DNA from: Trueperaceae bacterium
Lineage (GTDB): Bacteria > Deinococcota > Deinococci > Deinococcales > Trueperaceae
Length of the DNA: 45,460 bases
Reading direction: 5' to 3'
NCBI GenBank assembly: GCA_035703635.1
Contig: DASSXV010000001.1
Coordinates: forward strand, 1-45,460
The position numbers and the translations under genes are program-made. The notes beneath the pieces are model-generated. The model searched no databases and was not told where the DNA came from. It was given only the letters and a program-made list of their open reading frames with translations. Below are positions 9,636 through 19,433 of this stretch, in pieces. The first letter of the stretch is position 1. Each line of letters opens with the position of its first letter.

Positions 9636-11003
9636 ATGCACCAGCAAGACGAGCGGCAAGTTGTGCCGCGCGCCCAAGCGCTCGCGGAGCGCGCCTTCGC
9701 TAGACTCGAACGCTTCCTACGTATAGAGGCCGTTAGTGGCCTCGCCTTGCTTGCCGCCGCTGCCGCGGCACTCATCTGGGCGAACTCGCCAGCCGCACCC
9801 AGCTATCACGCGCTCTGGGAGCTGCCGCTCTCCTTCGGAGTAGGTTCCTTCGAGTTCTCCAAGTCGCTTCACTTCTGGATCAACGACGGTCTGATGACGG
9901 TGTTCTTCCTCGTCGTCGGGATGGAGATCCGCCGCGAACTCCACGAGGGCGCTCTCAGCAACTTGCGGAGCGCGGCGTTGCCGGTGGCGGCCGCCCTCGG
10001 CGGCGTGCTCGTGCCGGCCCTCATCTACGTGAGCTTGAACATGGACGCCACGCGCCAGCTCGGCTGGGCGGTGCCGACGGCGACGGACATCGCGTTCGCC
10101 GTCGGGGTCCTCGCGCTGCTCGGTCGTTCGATACCCCCGACCGTGCGCATCTTCCTCCTCGCGCTTGCCATCATCGACGACATCGTGGCCGTGCTGATAA
10201 TCGCCGTCTTCTACTCGGGTGGACTCGACTACAGGGGCTTCATCATCGCCGCGGTCGGCGTGCTGCTCGTGCTCGCGCTGCAACAGCTGGGGGTTGGGGC
10301 CGCGTACGCCTACATCGCGCCTGGAGCGGTCATCTGGGTCGGGTTGTTGATCACGGGCGCCCACCCGACCCTCGCGGGCGTGGTGCTTGGCCTCATGACC
10401 CCCGTGCTGCCGGCGCGCACTCGCGAACGACCGCTTGCCACCCTGCAACGCGTCGCTAGCGACCTGACCCAGCGGGCTGGTGGCGGCGACAAGGAGAACC
10501 TCGCGGCGCCCATGCGGCAGTTGCGCGTGGCGCGGCGTGAACTGCTGCCACCGGTCGTGAGGGTAGAGGCCGGACTGCACCCGTGGGTGGCTTACGGCAT
10601 AATGCCGCTCTTCGCTCTAGCCAACGCGGGCGTCAGCATCGGAGGCGTGGACCTCAGCGGTGGCGGCGCGCAATGGGTCATGGCAGGCGTGGTCTTGGCG
10701 CTCGTCTTGGGTAAGCCCCTTGGAGTCGTTGGCGTGACCATGCTCATGGTGCGTACGGGCCTGTCGCGCTTACCGCCAGGTGTCACCTGGGGCGGCGTGT
10801 GGCTCGTCGGGCTCCTGGCCGGCATCGGGTTCACCATGTCGATCTTCATCGCTAACCTGGCGTTCTCGGACGCCAACCTGCTCGGCGCCGCCAAGCTCGG
10901 CGTGTTGTTGGCTTCGCTGCTCGCCGCCACTTTCGGGTTGTTGTGGGGCGCCGTCTACGTCAGGCGCCGTGCCTCAACCGCGCGGGTCCCACCAGTCGCG
11001 TAG
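9636..11003 (+). CDS. nhaA: Na+(Li+)/H+ antiporter NhaA
   Basis: [24 protein letters not shown] (ion-binding Asp pair), GKPLG (Lys300 equivalent), [10 protein letters not shown]. Confidence 0.95.
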   Translation: MHQQDERQVVPRAQALAERAFARLERFLRIEAVSGLALLAAAAAALIWANSPAAPSYHALWELPLSFGVGSFEFSKSLHFWINDGLMTVFFLVVGMEIRRELHEGALSNLRSAALPVAAALGGVLVPALIYVSLNMDATRQLGWAVPTATDIAFAVGVLALLGRSIPPTVRIFLLALAIIDDIVAVLIIAVFYSGGLDYRGFIIAAVGVLLVLALQQLGVGAAYAYIAPGAVIWVGLLITGAHPTLAGVVLGLMTPVLPARTRERPLATLQRVASDLTQRAGGGDKENLAAPMRQLRVARRELLPPVVRVEAGLHPWVAYGIMPLFALANAGVSIGGVDLSGGGAQWVMAGVVLALVLGKPLGVVGVTMLMVRTGLSRLPPGVTWGGVWLVGLLAGIGFTMSIFIANLAFSDANLLGAAKLGVLLASLLAATFGLLWGAVYVRRRASTARVPPVA

Positions 11004-11798
11004 GCCGTCACCAAGTAAGCTCCAACCGAGCACCGTCCAGACGATCGCCAGGCCAGGCACGAGGGCGGGGTAGGGGCTCATCGTCATGAAGCCCTGCGCT
11101 TCGCGCAGCATGTTGCCCCAACTTGGCACGTCTGGTGGGGTGCCAAGGCCGAGGAACGAGAGCGCGGCCTCCGCCAGCACCGCGACCGCCAGACTGAGGC
11201 TGCCCTGCACGACGAGCGGGCCGACGGCGCCAGGCAAGATGTGGCGGAAGAGGAGCCTGCCGTGGTTAACCCCGAGGGCGCGACCCGCCTCGACGTACTC
11301 GCGCTCCTTGAGGCTGAGCACGCTGGCGCGAGCTATGCGCCCGAACACGGGAACCGTGGCGATGCCGATGGCGATCATCGCGGTTAGCGTGCCTGGTTGA
11401 TATACGGCTGCGAGCAATAGCGCCATGAGGATGGCGGGAAAGGCGTATGCCACGTCAACGACGCGCATGATCACTTCATCGGCCACGCCGCCGAGGTAGC
11501 CAGCCAGCGCGCCGAGCACGCTCCCGACGCTTAGAGCGAGCCCAACGGCGATCACGCCGACGTAGAGCGTCGACCTAGCGCCAACGAGCAGCCGCGATAG
11601 CAGGTCGCGCCCGAAGTGGTCGGTGCCGAGCGGAAACGCGGCCGACGGCGGCTTGAGTTGGCTGGCGAAGTTCATCGAGAGGGGGTTAGTGGGTAGCCAT
11701 ACGAAGCTGAGGAGCGCCGCGGCGACCACGGTGCCGACGAGCACGGCGCCGACGATGAGGTTCGCGCGCTTGATCAGCTTGCGGGCGCGCGCCATCAC
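10974..11798 (-). CDS. Peptide/nickel ABC transporter permease (DppC/OppC type)
   Basis: [19 protein letters not shown] (EAA loop), LSFLGLG, GDGLRD..DPR. The 3' end overlaps the nhaA 3' end by 30 nt. Confidence 0.93.
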   Translation of the reverse strand: MMARARKLIKRANLIVGAVLVGTVVAAALLSFVWLPTNPLSMNFASQLKPPSAAFPLGTDHFGRDLLSRLLVGARSTLYVGVIAVGLALSVGSVLGALAGYLGGVADEVIMRVVDVAYAFPAILMALLLAAVYQPGTLTAMIAIGIATVPVFGRIARASVLSLKEREYVEAGRALGVNHGRLLFRHILPGAVGPLVVQGSLSLAVAVLAEAALSFLGLGTPPDVPSWGNMLREAQGFMTMSPYPALVPGLAIVWTVLGWSLLGDGLRDWWDPRG

Positions 11799-12739
11799 GC
11801 GTACCTGATGCGCGGGTCTAGTAGCCCGTATGAGAGGTCGACGAGGAACCCTAGCGCGACGATGGTGGCGGCGTACACGAGGATCTCACCCTGCAATAGG
11901 GGGAAGTCGCGCGTGCCGATGGCCGTGAGCGCCAACCGCCCCATGCCTGGCAGCGCGAACACCTGCTCGATGACGATGGAGCCGATGAACACGTTGGTGA
12001 GCGACAAGCCGAGGATGGTGATGATGGTCACCATGCCGTTGCGCAGCGCGTGCTTCAACACGACGGACCTTGGCCCAACGCCCTTGGCTTTGGCCGTGCG
12101 GACGAAGTCCTGGCTGAGCACGTCGAGCATGGCGGCGCGCGTCATGCGCGTCATCACGGCGGCTTGGCCGAGCCCAAGGGCAAGCACCGGTAGCACGAGG
12201 CCCTTGAACCACTTGACGGGGTCGGTGCCGAACGGGGTGAAGCCGCCTGCCGGCAGCACCTTGAGTTGAACCGCGAAATACAGGATGAAGATAAGGCCGA
12301 GCCAGAAACTGGGCACGGCGGCGCCGACTTGCGACAGGGTGGTGACTAGCGGGTCCATGAGGGTGCCACGCTTCATGGCGGCGAGTATGCCTAGCGGGAT
12401 GGCCAACAGTGTGGCGACTAGCGCCGCTCCAAGCGCAAGAGGGACGGAGACTTGGAGCCTCGCCCCGATGAGCTTGGCGACGGGTTGCTGGTAGTTGATG
12501 CTCTCGCCGAGGTCGCCTTTGAGCGCGTTGCCGAGCCAGCGCACGTAACGCTGCGGCGCAGGCACGTCGAGGCCGAGCTTGGCGCTTAGGGCGGCGCGCG
12601 CAGTTGGGCTCGAGTTCAAGCCGAGGATGATGGCGGCGGGGTCGCCAGGCACGGCGATGATGGCGGAGAACACGACCAAGCTGGCGAGCCACACGCTGAT
12701 GAGGGCAGTGATGAAGCGCCGGATGGTGAAGGCCAACAT
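11795..12739 (-). CDS. Peptide/nickel ABC transporter permease (DppB/OppB type)
   Basis: PGDPA, GDLGES, DFVRTAKAKG, IEQVFALPGMG, DLSYGLLDPRIRY. Confidence 0.94.
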   Translation of the reverse strand: MLAFTIRRFITALISVWLASLVVFSAIIAVPGDPAAIILGLNSSPTARAALSAKLGLDVPAPQRYVRWLGNALKGDLGESINYQQPVAKLIGARLQVSVPLALGAALVATLLAIPLGILAAMKRGTLMDPLVTTLSQVGAAVPSFWLGLIFILYFAVQLKVLPAGGFTPFGTDPVKWFKGLVLPVLALGLGQAAVMTRMTRAAMLDVLSQDFVRTAKAKGVGPRSVVLKHALRNGMVTIITILGLSLTNVFIGSIVIEQVFALPGMGRLALTAIGTRDFPLLQGEILVYAATIVALGFLVDLSYGLLDPRIRYA

Positions 12740-12763
12740 GCTGTGCTTGACTTCCTCTCACGG

Positions 12764-12839
12764 GTGGGCCCGCCGGGCGGGCAGCAGGCGGGGCGGCGCG
12801 CGTTGCTCGTGCGCCGCCCCGCGGTGCTCAGTGGCCCAC
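12764..12839 (-). other. Intercistronic RNA structure between SBP and permease genes
   Basis: 15-bp stem 12788-12802 / 12808-12822 (one mismatch), enclosed by GTGGGCC (12764-12770) / GGCCCAC (12833-12839). Confidence 0.55.
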
Positions 12840-12859
12840 GTCAGGGACCATGCGCCTAC

Positions 12860-14386
12860 TCAGTTGGTCTTGAAGACCTCGGTAACGTCGATGGCTGGCG
12901 TCGGCTGGTCCTGCCAGAAACCGTAGACGTTCTGCCTGGCAGCCACCAGGTAGGGCGGCGAGAAGAGCCAGACGTTGACGGCGTCCAGGGCGATGACTTC
13001 CGCGATCTCCTGGTATGCGGCAGTCTCGGCCTCCGCGCTTGCGGCGGCCTCTGCGCGCTCGAGCAGGTCGCCGATGGCTGGGTTGTCGTAGTGGTAGTAG
13101 TAGCCGGGGTTGGCGTAGACGTTGATGTCGCGCGGTTCAGAGTGGCCGATGATCGTCATGTCGTAATCGCCGCCAAGGAAGATGCGCTCTATCCAGGTGG
13201 CCCACTCGACGACGCTCAGTTCGACGGTGATGCCGACTTCGCGCAGCATCTGCGCCACGACTTCGCCGCTGCGGCGCTCGATGTTGTAAGGCTCCGGCAG
13301 TTCGAAGTGGATGGTGAAGCCGTCAGCGTAACCGGCCTCGGCGAGGAGCTCGCGTGCGCGGACGGGATCGTATGGGTAGGTGCCGGAAAGGTCGATGTAG
13401 TAAGGCTCCGACGGGCTCATGTGCGAGCCGATGACGGTGCCGAGGCCGAACATGGCGCCCTGCACGATGGTGTCCTTGTCGATGGCCATGGTGATGGCCT
13501 GGCGCACGCGCAAATCGTCGAACGGCGGGCGGGTGTTGTTCATCGCTACCGTGATCTCGGTGGTAGCCGTGCCCTCCGTCCCCTTCAGCTCGGGGCTGCT
13601 AACGACCTGCAGGAACTGCTCTGGTTGGACGGCGACGCCGATGAAGTCGATGTCGCCTGCCTGCAGCGCAGCGAAGCGCGTGTTGGGGTCGCCGATGATC
13701 TTGAAGACGGCCTTGTCGAGGTACGGAACGCCGGCGATGTAGTAGTCGGGGTTGCGCTCGAGCACGACTTCCGCGCCTTCGGTGTACGAGGCGAACTTGA
13801 ACGGGCCAGTGCCGATGGGCTCGGAGCGCTGAGTTTCGGCCTTAGCCGCCGGGTAGATGATGGAGTCAGGGCGCGCCAAGTTGTAGAGCAAGCCGCGGCT
13901 CGGCTGGCCGAGGGTCAACACGACGGTGTTGGCGTCCGGCGCAGCGATGTTAGTGATGTCCGCGTAGTACTCGGGGTGCGTATGGCCGGAATCGGGGTCC
14001 TGGGCGCGTTCGAACTTGGCGACGACGTCGGCGGAGCTGAAGTCGCTGCCGTCGTGGAACTTGACGCCCTGACGCAGGTGGAAGGTCCAGGTGAGACCGT
14101 CCTCCGAGACGTCGTAAGACTCTGCGAGCCCCGGCACGATGGCGCCAGTGCGGTCGAACTTGACGAGGCCCTCGAAGACGTTGTTGTACATGACACGCGG
14201 GATCTCTTGTGAGGTGCTGGCGGTCGGATCCCAACCGGGCGGGTCGGCGGTGATCGCCACCGTGACCGTGCCGCCGGTTACTGGTGCAGGGTCCTCAGCG
14301 ACCGCAGTGCCTGCCAGCAGCGCGAACGCGAGCACTGCCGCACCCAACGCGCGGGAGAGGAAAGGCTTGGAAGGTTGAGTAGACAT
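12860..14386 (-). CDS. ABC transporter substrate-binding protein, family 5 (peptide/nickel)
   Basis: Signal peptide; LAESY..S.DGLTWTFHLRQGVKFHDG, PIGTGPF, VRQAI..AID. GAGGAG SD. Confidence 0.94.
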   Translation of the reverse strand: MSTQPSKPFLSRALGAAVLAFALLAGTAVAEDPAPVTGGTVTVAITADPPGWDPTASTSQEIPRVMYNNVFEGLVKFDRTGAIVPGLAESYDVSEDGLTWTFHLRQGVKFHDGSDFSSADVVAKFERAQDPDSGHTHPEYYADITNIAAPDANTVVLTLGQPSRGLLYNLARPDSIIYPAAKAETQRSEPIGTGPFKFASYTEGAEVVLERNPDYYIAGVPYLDKAVFKIIGDPNTRFAALQAGDIDFIGVAVQPEQFLQVVSSPELKGTEGTATTEITVAMNNTRPPFDDLRVRQAITMAIDKDTIVQGAMFGLGTVIGSHMSPSEPYYIDLSGTYPYDPVRARELLAEAGYADGFTIHFELPEPYNIERRSGEVVAQMLREVGITVELSVVEWATWIERIFLGGDYDMTIIGHSEPRDINVYANPGYYYHYDNPAIGDLLERAEAAASAEAETAAYQEIAEVIALDAVNVWLFSPPYLVAARQNVYGFWQDQPTPAIDVTEVFKTN

Positions 14387-14462
14387 GTGTTGACTCCTCT
14401 AGGTCGTCGATTCGCCGGTAGGCATGGCGGCGCGCGTCGGCGTGGCGCCTAGCCCGCCCGGC

Positions 14463-15728
14463 TCAACTGTCTGACGTCAGATAAGTTACCGCAGCGGCGG
14501 CGTATAGGCGAGCACTTGCAACGACTTCGCTTAGGCGCACGAACTCGTCGACCTGGTGCGGGATGGTGCGGTCGCCTGGGCCCACCGTAACCACCGGTAT
14601 GTCCCGCCAGGCCCACAGGAAGGTGCCGTCCGTCGCTCCAGGCACTCCGCCATAGCGCGGCGCCGTACCGAACACGCCAGCGTAGACGGACTCGAGCGCC
14701 GCGACGAGCGGGTCCGTTGCCTCTGTTTGGGTCCATGGACGCGACTCGAACACGTCGAAGTGCAAGTGCAGGCGGTCCGTAGCAGCCTCGATGGCCGCGC
14801 CGATCCGGCGCAACTCGGCCTCTATCTCGGCGTGGTCCTGGCCGGGCACGGTGCGGATGTCAAGCGCGACGTACGCTTCTTCAGGCATGACGTTGAGTTG
14901 CGCCTCGCCGTGAGCGGGCGAACGCACGACGGTCGGGGTTATCCATGGAAGCCCGAGGAACTCGTGCTCACCGAGGCGCGCCTGCTCGCGTCGCTCGAAG
15001 TCACGGAGCGCAACGATGAGGTCCGCAACGCCGCGGTTAGGGTTGACGCCGGCGTACGGCATCGCGCCGTGGCTCATGACGCCGACGACGCGCACGTTCA
15101 CGCGCATGGCGCCCTTCTGGAACAGGCACAGCTCGTTCTCTTCCGGCTCGGCGACGATGCAGCCGCTAACCTCGTCCGCCCAACCCTGGTTGATGAAGTG
15201 CTTGATGCCGAGCATCATGCCCTCCTCGTCTGCGACTATCCCGAGGCGGATGCGACCGGGTAGGTCCGGAGCGACCGCCCTGATCGCCTCGAGCGCCGCC
15301 AGGCAAGCCGCGACGCCGGCCTTCATGTCCGCCGTGCCGCGGCCGTGCAGCACGTCGCCTACGATGCGGCCCTCGAACGGCGGGATCCGCCACTTGCCTG
15401 GGTCGCCCTCTGTAACGACGTCCGTGTGCCCCTCGAACATCAGGGTGCGGTGCTTCGCCTGGTCGTAACTACTGCCCTGCCAGTCGCACACGACGTTAGG
15501 CCTGCCTGGGGCGGCCTCCTCGACGATGGGCTCGAGCCCAACGGACCTGAGGTAGTCGGCGACGAAGGCGGCGGCCCCAGCTTCTGTGGTGCCCTGCGCC
15601 TCGTCGTAGACGCTCCGCACCCGCACGAGCCCCTGCGCCAGGTCGGCTACCCGCTGCGGATCGACGGCGGCAGCTGCGCGCCTAGCGAGGTCGGTCGGGA
15701 AGGCCGCTTCCCGAGCTTCTGCACTCAT
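14463..15728 (-). CDS. M20 family metallopeptidase/deacylase (ArgE/DapE type)
   Basis: EGHTDVV, GRGTADMKAG, DEEG, EPE, HQVDE. Start placed at ATG 15728, overlapping the SDR stop (ATGA). Confidence 0.9.
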   Translation of the reverse strand: MSAEAREAAFPTDLARRAAAAVDPQRVADLAQGLVRVRSVYDEAQGTTEAGAAAFVADYLRSVGLEPIVEEAAPGRPNVVCDWQGSSYDQAKHRTLMFEGHTDVVTEGDPGKWRIPPFEGRIVGDVLHGRGTADMKAGVAACLAALEAIRAVAPDLPGRIRLGIVADEEGMMLGIKHFINQGWADEVSGCIVAEPEENELCLFQKGAMRVNVRVVGVMSHGAMPYAGVNPNRGVADLIVALRDFERREQARLGEHEFLGLPWITPTVVRSPAHGEAQLNVMPEEAYVALDIRTVPGQDHAEIEAELRRIGAAIEAATDRLHLHFDVFESRPWTQTEATDPLVAALESVYAGVFGTAPRYGGVPGATDGTFLWAWRDIPVVTVGPGDRTIPHQVDEFVRLSEVVASARLYAAAAVTYLTSDS

Positions 15729-16504
15729 AGGGGTGGGGTGAAGCGGCCGTCCTGTGCGGTCCAACCGCCATCAACGTAGAGGAGGGAGCCCGTCACGAAC
15801 GAGGCGGCGTCTGATACGAGGAAGACGACGGCGCCGACGAGTTCGCTAGGTTGCGACCAGCGGCCTAGGGCACTCTTGTTCGCGTACGCGGCGTACCACT
15901 CCGGTTGGTTCTTGATCTGTTGCGTCAGGGGAGTCTCAACGACGCCAGGCGCGACGGCGTTGGCGCGCACGCCCTGCGGGCCGAGCTCGGAAGCCAACGC
16001 CCGGATCATCTGCAGGGTGCCGGCCTTGGTGGCGGCGTAAACGCCCTGGCCAGGCTCGACGACCTGACTGCGGATGCTGGAGAAGAACACGACACTGCCC
16101 TTGCCCTGGGCCGCGAGGCGCTTGCCTGCAGAGCGCATGACGTTGAAGCTGCCCTTGAGGTTCACGTTGATGACGCGGTCGAACTCCTCACCACTGATGT
16201 CGAGCAGTGGCTTGCGCACGTTGATCGACGGCGTGCACACGACGGCGTCGAGGCCGCTCATGCCGTTGACCAGGTCCTCGACGGCGCTCGCGTCCGTGAT
16301 GTTGACCGTGGCCGCGTTGGCCTCGTAACCCAAGGCGTGAAGTTCGGCGGCCGCAGAGGTGGCTGAGTCCTCGTTCGAGTCTGCGCAAGTGACGATGGCG
16401 CCGAAGTCGGCTAGGCCCTGGGCGGTGGCGCGGCCGATGCCGGAACCAGCTCCGATGACCAGGACGTCGCGGCCGGTGAGGTCGAAAAGATCGCGGTAGT
16501 TCAT
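15725..16504 (-). CDS. Short-chain dehydrogenase/reductase (SDR)
   Basis: GAGSGIG Rossmann motif, catalytic YAATK, NAVAPG, VDGG. Confidence 0.93.
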   Translation of the reverse strand: MNYRDLFDLTGRDVLVIGAGSGIGRATAQGLADFGAIVTCADSNEDSATSAAAELHALGYEANAATVNITDASAVEDLVNGMSGLDAVVCTPSINVRKPLLDISGEEFDRVINVNLKGSFNVMRSAGKRLAAQGKGSVVFFSSIRSQVVEPGQGVYAATKAGTLQMIRALASELGPQGVRANAVAPGVVETPLTQQIKNQPEWYAAYANKSALGRWSQPSELVGAVVFLVSDAASFVTGSLLYVDGGWTAQDGRFTPPL

Positions 16505-18357
16505 CTGGTTACCCTTTCAGTTAACAGCTGGAAGGCTAACACTCGCTCTTCTACGACGTCGAGACTCGAGCGCCAGAACGCCTCGTCCTCGATGTCGATC
16601 CCGAACCCGCGCGCCAAGTCAGCAGCGCCAGCCATGCCAGTGCTCGCAAGCAACTCGTCGTAGCGGCCGATGAACGCGTCCTTGTCCTGCTTGTACGCCT
16701 TGTAGAGCCCCAACCCGAACAGAAAGCCGAACGTGTACGGGTAGTTGTAGAACGACAAGTCGGCTGAGTAGTAGTGGCCCTTGTGCGCCCACATCAGGTC
16801 GTGGCGTTCCGCCTCGTTGAGGGCGTCGCCGTAGGTCCGCGCCTGCGCGTCCGCCATGATCTGCTTGAGCTCAGGGACACTGAGCTCGCGCTCGCGGCGG
16901 CGCTCGAGGACCGTGGCCTCGAACAGGTAACGAGAGTGGATGTCGATGACGAGCTGCGTGGCCTGGATGAGGTGCTGCTCGAGCGCCACGAGGCGCGTGG
17001 CGTCGTCCGCTCCGTTGAGGACGCCCTCCAGCACGATCGTCTCGCAGAAGATGCTGGCGGTTTCCGCCAACGTCATCGGCGTCTGCGACTGCAGCAGCGA
17101 GCGCCCGTAGCGGTAGGTGCAGTCGTTGTGATACGCGTGCCCCAGCTCGTGCGCGAGGGTGAAGACGTCCCCGAGCGTGCCGCCGAAGTTGACCATGACG
17201 CGCGACTCGCCACGGGCAGGCACTGGCATGCAGAAGGCGCCGTTGCGCTTACCCTTGCGCGGCGGCGCGTCGACCCAGCCCTCGAGGAAGGCGCGCTGCG
17301 CGAAGGCGGCCAACTCGAGGCTATAGGTGCCGAACTGCTCGATCACGAACGCCTTGGCCTCGTTCCACGAGTAACGCGTGCTGCTCGTGTGGGGCAGGGG
17401 CGCATACAGGTCGTACCAGGCCAACTGTTGCTTGCCTAACTGCCACGCCTTCGCCTTCAAGTAGTCCCGCAGGGTCGCGAAGCGCTGCTCACAGGCGCCT
17501 TGCATGGCCGCTAACGTCGCTTGGGTCACGGAGTTCTGGTGCAGGCTCTCCTGAAAGGCGCCACCCCACCCGCGGCGCCGCGCCAGCGTCTCGGCCTGGC
17601 CCTTCACGCCGTTCATGGCCGCGGCGAACGCGAGCTCGTTGCGCTGCAGCAAGTCGCGTTCGGCGAGGTAAGCGCGCCGCCTGACGCCCTCGTCGGAGTT
17701 CGCCTGCAAGGTGCGCAACTCTGCCATGCCGTACTCGCCTTCCGCCCCGCCTGCGAGTACCTTGCCGTGCACCGTGCCGCGCGAGATGAGGCTGTTGTGC
17801 AGGCGCGCCCAGGCATCTCCACCCGTGTCAGTCAATTCCGCGACGAGGTCCTCCGCCTCCTCGCCAAGCAGATGAGCGCCTGCCAACTGCTCGCGGCTCA
17901 ACGGGTAGCGGTTCTCCGCCACCAGGCCGGAATGGCGCGCGACTTCGGTCAGGTCCAGCTCCTTCACCCACGCCTGGAAGCGCGCGCCAAGTGCCGCCAT
18001 GCGGCTGGCGTACGGTGTGAGGGCCGAGAGCTCTGCTTGCGCGCCTTCGTCGAAGGCGTTGACAGCGGTGCTGGCGGCAAGGTAACTGCGCAGCGTGAGC
18101 ATGGTGAGGTGCGCGCCCTCGAGGCGTTCGAGCAGGCCCTCGAGTACGGTGGCGTTGCCGGCGCCGGCTCCGCTGGCGGCGCCAGCCCGAACCTCGTGAG
18201 CGTCTAAATAGCGCTCTAGCCCGATGACGCGTTCACGTAAGAGGAGCTTGTCCGCCTGGAACGCCGGTGAGTCGATGGCGGGGTAGAGGCTGGTTAGGCT
18301 CCAGAGCGGCGGGTCGCTTGGGTTCGGCGCATCGTGCGGACGTTGTTGGTCTGTCAT
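16501..18357 (-). CDS. pepF: M3B oligoendopeptidase F
   Basis: WSLTSLYP N-terminus, GKRNGAFC, HELGH zinc motif, LAETASIFCE, FYNYPYTFG. Confidence 0.9.
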   Translation of the reverse strand: MTDQQRPHDAPNPSDPPLWSLTSLYPAIDSPAFQADKLLLRERVIGLERYLDAHEVRAGAASGAGAGNATVLEGLLERLEGAHLTMLTLRSYLAASTAVNAFDEGAQAELSALTPYASRMAALGARFQAWVKELDLTEVARHSGLVAENRYPLSREQLAGAHLLGEEAEDLVAELTDTGGDAWARLHNSLISRGTVHGKVLAGGAEGEYGMAELRTLQANSDEGVRRRAYLAERDLLQRNELAFAAAMNGVKGQAETLARRRGWGGAFQESLHQNSVTQATLAAMQGACEQRFATLRDYLKAKAWQLGKQQLAWYDLYAPLPHTSSTRYSWNEAKAFVIEQFGTYSLELAAFAQRAFLEGWVDAPPRKGKRNGAFCMPVPARGESRVMVNFGGTLGDVFTLAHELGHAYHNDCTYRYGRSLLQSQTPMTLAETASIFCETIVLEGVLNGADDATRLVALEQHLIQATQLVIDIHSRYLFEATVLERRRERELSVPELKQIMADAQARTYGDALNEAERHDLMWAHKGHYYSADLSFYNYPYTFGFLFGLGLYKAYKQDKDAFIGRYDELLASTGMAGAADLARGFGIDIEDEAFWRSSLDVVEERVLAFQLLTERVTR

Positions 18358-18428
18358 GCCACATCACCTCGTCTGCCTTGCCAAGGGGCGGCGGGCGCGG
18401 CCGGTCGCCGAGTGGCGGAGTGCCAGCG

Positions 18429-18434
18429 ATTGTA
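18429..18434 (-). promoter_or_regulatory. -10 element for pepF-SDR-M20-ABC cluster
   Basis: TACAAT on the minus strand, 3 nt after the rluD stop and ~70 nt upstream of the pepF ATG. Confidence 0.5.
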
Positions 18435-18437
18435 GCG

Positions 18438-19376
18438 CTAGAGGTCTGCGTGACCAGGTGGTGGCCAGCTGCCGCCCAGGCGCAGCCACGCCTCTACCAT
18501 GTCTAGCGGCACTTGCGCGCTGAAGGTGACGGCCTGATCGTCGCGAGGGTGCGGAACGCTGAGGCGGTAAGCGTGCAGCGCCTGCCGCCCGATGGCTGGG
18601 CTTGCGCTGCCGTACAGCTCGTCTCCCAGGATCGGCGTGCCGAGGTAGGCGAGGTGCACCCTGATCTGGTGCGTGCGGCCGGAGTGCGGTCGCGCCTTGA
18701 CGAGCGTGTGACCCTTCAGTCGCGCCAAGACGAGGAACTGCGTGCTTGCCGACTTTGGGTTCTCGCCACCCACCGTCATGCTCTGGCGCCTCACGGGATG
18801 GCGGCCTATGGCGGCGTCGACCGCGACGCCGTCCTCCACCTCGCCAACGACGATGGCGACGTACTCCTTCTCGGCGAAGCGCTTCTTGAAGGAGTGCGAG
18901 AGGTGCCGGTGGGCGGCGTCGTTCTTGGCGACCACCATCACGCCCGAAGTGTCCTTGTCGAGGCGGTGCACTATGCCAGGCCGGTACGCCTCGTCGCTTG
19001 GGTCCTGGGTGCGCTCCTTGGAGAGCGGCATGCGCCCAAGCAGGGCGTTGACGACGGTACCGGTGCGCAACGTTGCCGTCGGGTGCGCCACCAAGCCAGG
19101 AGGTTTGTTGATGGCCACCAGGTCGTCGTCTTGATAGATGATGTCGAGCGCGATCTCTTCCGGTTCCACCAGCATCGGGCGCGGGGGCGGGATGATGACC
19201 GAGACGACCTCGTCGCCCGCCATCTTCGAGCTGGCCTTGCCGACAGGGCGGCCGTCGACCGTCACGTAACCCTCGCTTACCAACTCCTTGGCGTAGGTGC
19301 GTGATAGGTCGAGCGCCTGCGCGATCGCCACGTCGAGGCGCTCGCCGGCGGGGGCGTCGAAGGTGCGGAAGTCCAC
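18438..19376 (-). CDS. rluD: RluA-family pseudouridine synthase with S4 domain (RluD-like)
   Basis: S4 domain (ERLD..IA...LSR), INKPPGL, HRLDKDTSG (catalytic Asp), GRTHQIRVH, ILGD.LYG, QALHAY. Confidence 0.9.
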   Translation of the reverse strand: MDFRTFDAPAGERLDVAIAQALDLSRTYAKELVSEGYVTVDGRPVGKASSKMAGDEVVSVIIPPPRPMLVEPEEIALDIIYQDDDLVAINKPPGLVAHPTATLRTGTVVNALLGRMPLSKERTQDPSDEAYRPGIVHRLDKDTSGVMVVAKNDAAHRHLSHSFKKRFAEKEYVAIVVGEVEDGVAVDAAIGRHPVRRQSMTVGGENPKSASTQFLVLARLKGHTLVKARPHSGRTHQIRVHLAYLGTPILGDELYGSASPAIGRQALHAYRLSVPHPRDDQAVTFSAQVPLDMVEAWLRLGGSWPPPGHADL

Positions 19377-19382
19377 CTGGCG

Positions 19383-19425
19383 AGCATATCCCTGCTGCAG
19401 CCGATTACGGCTGCAGCGCTATACT
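19383..19425. promoter_or_regulatory. Back-to-back -10 elements for rluD and plsX around a palindrome
   Basis: TATGCT (minus, 19388-19383) is 6 nt from the rluD GTG. TATACT (plus, 19420-19425) is 8 nt from the plsX ATG. GCTGCAGCCG-ATTA-CGGCTGCAGC at 19394-19417 lies between them. Confidence 0.6.
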
Positions 19426-19433
19426 GGCACCTC

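Noticed and set aside
12743..14212. 489-aa + strand ORF, and similar antisense ORFs (3350-3916, 18513-19304, 23411-24430, 31319-32128)
   Set aside because: Antisense shadows of well-supported genes, caused by GC3 bias; no recognisable motifs.
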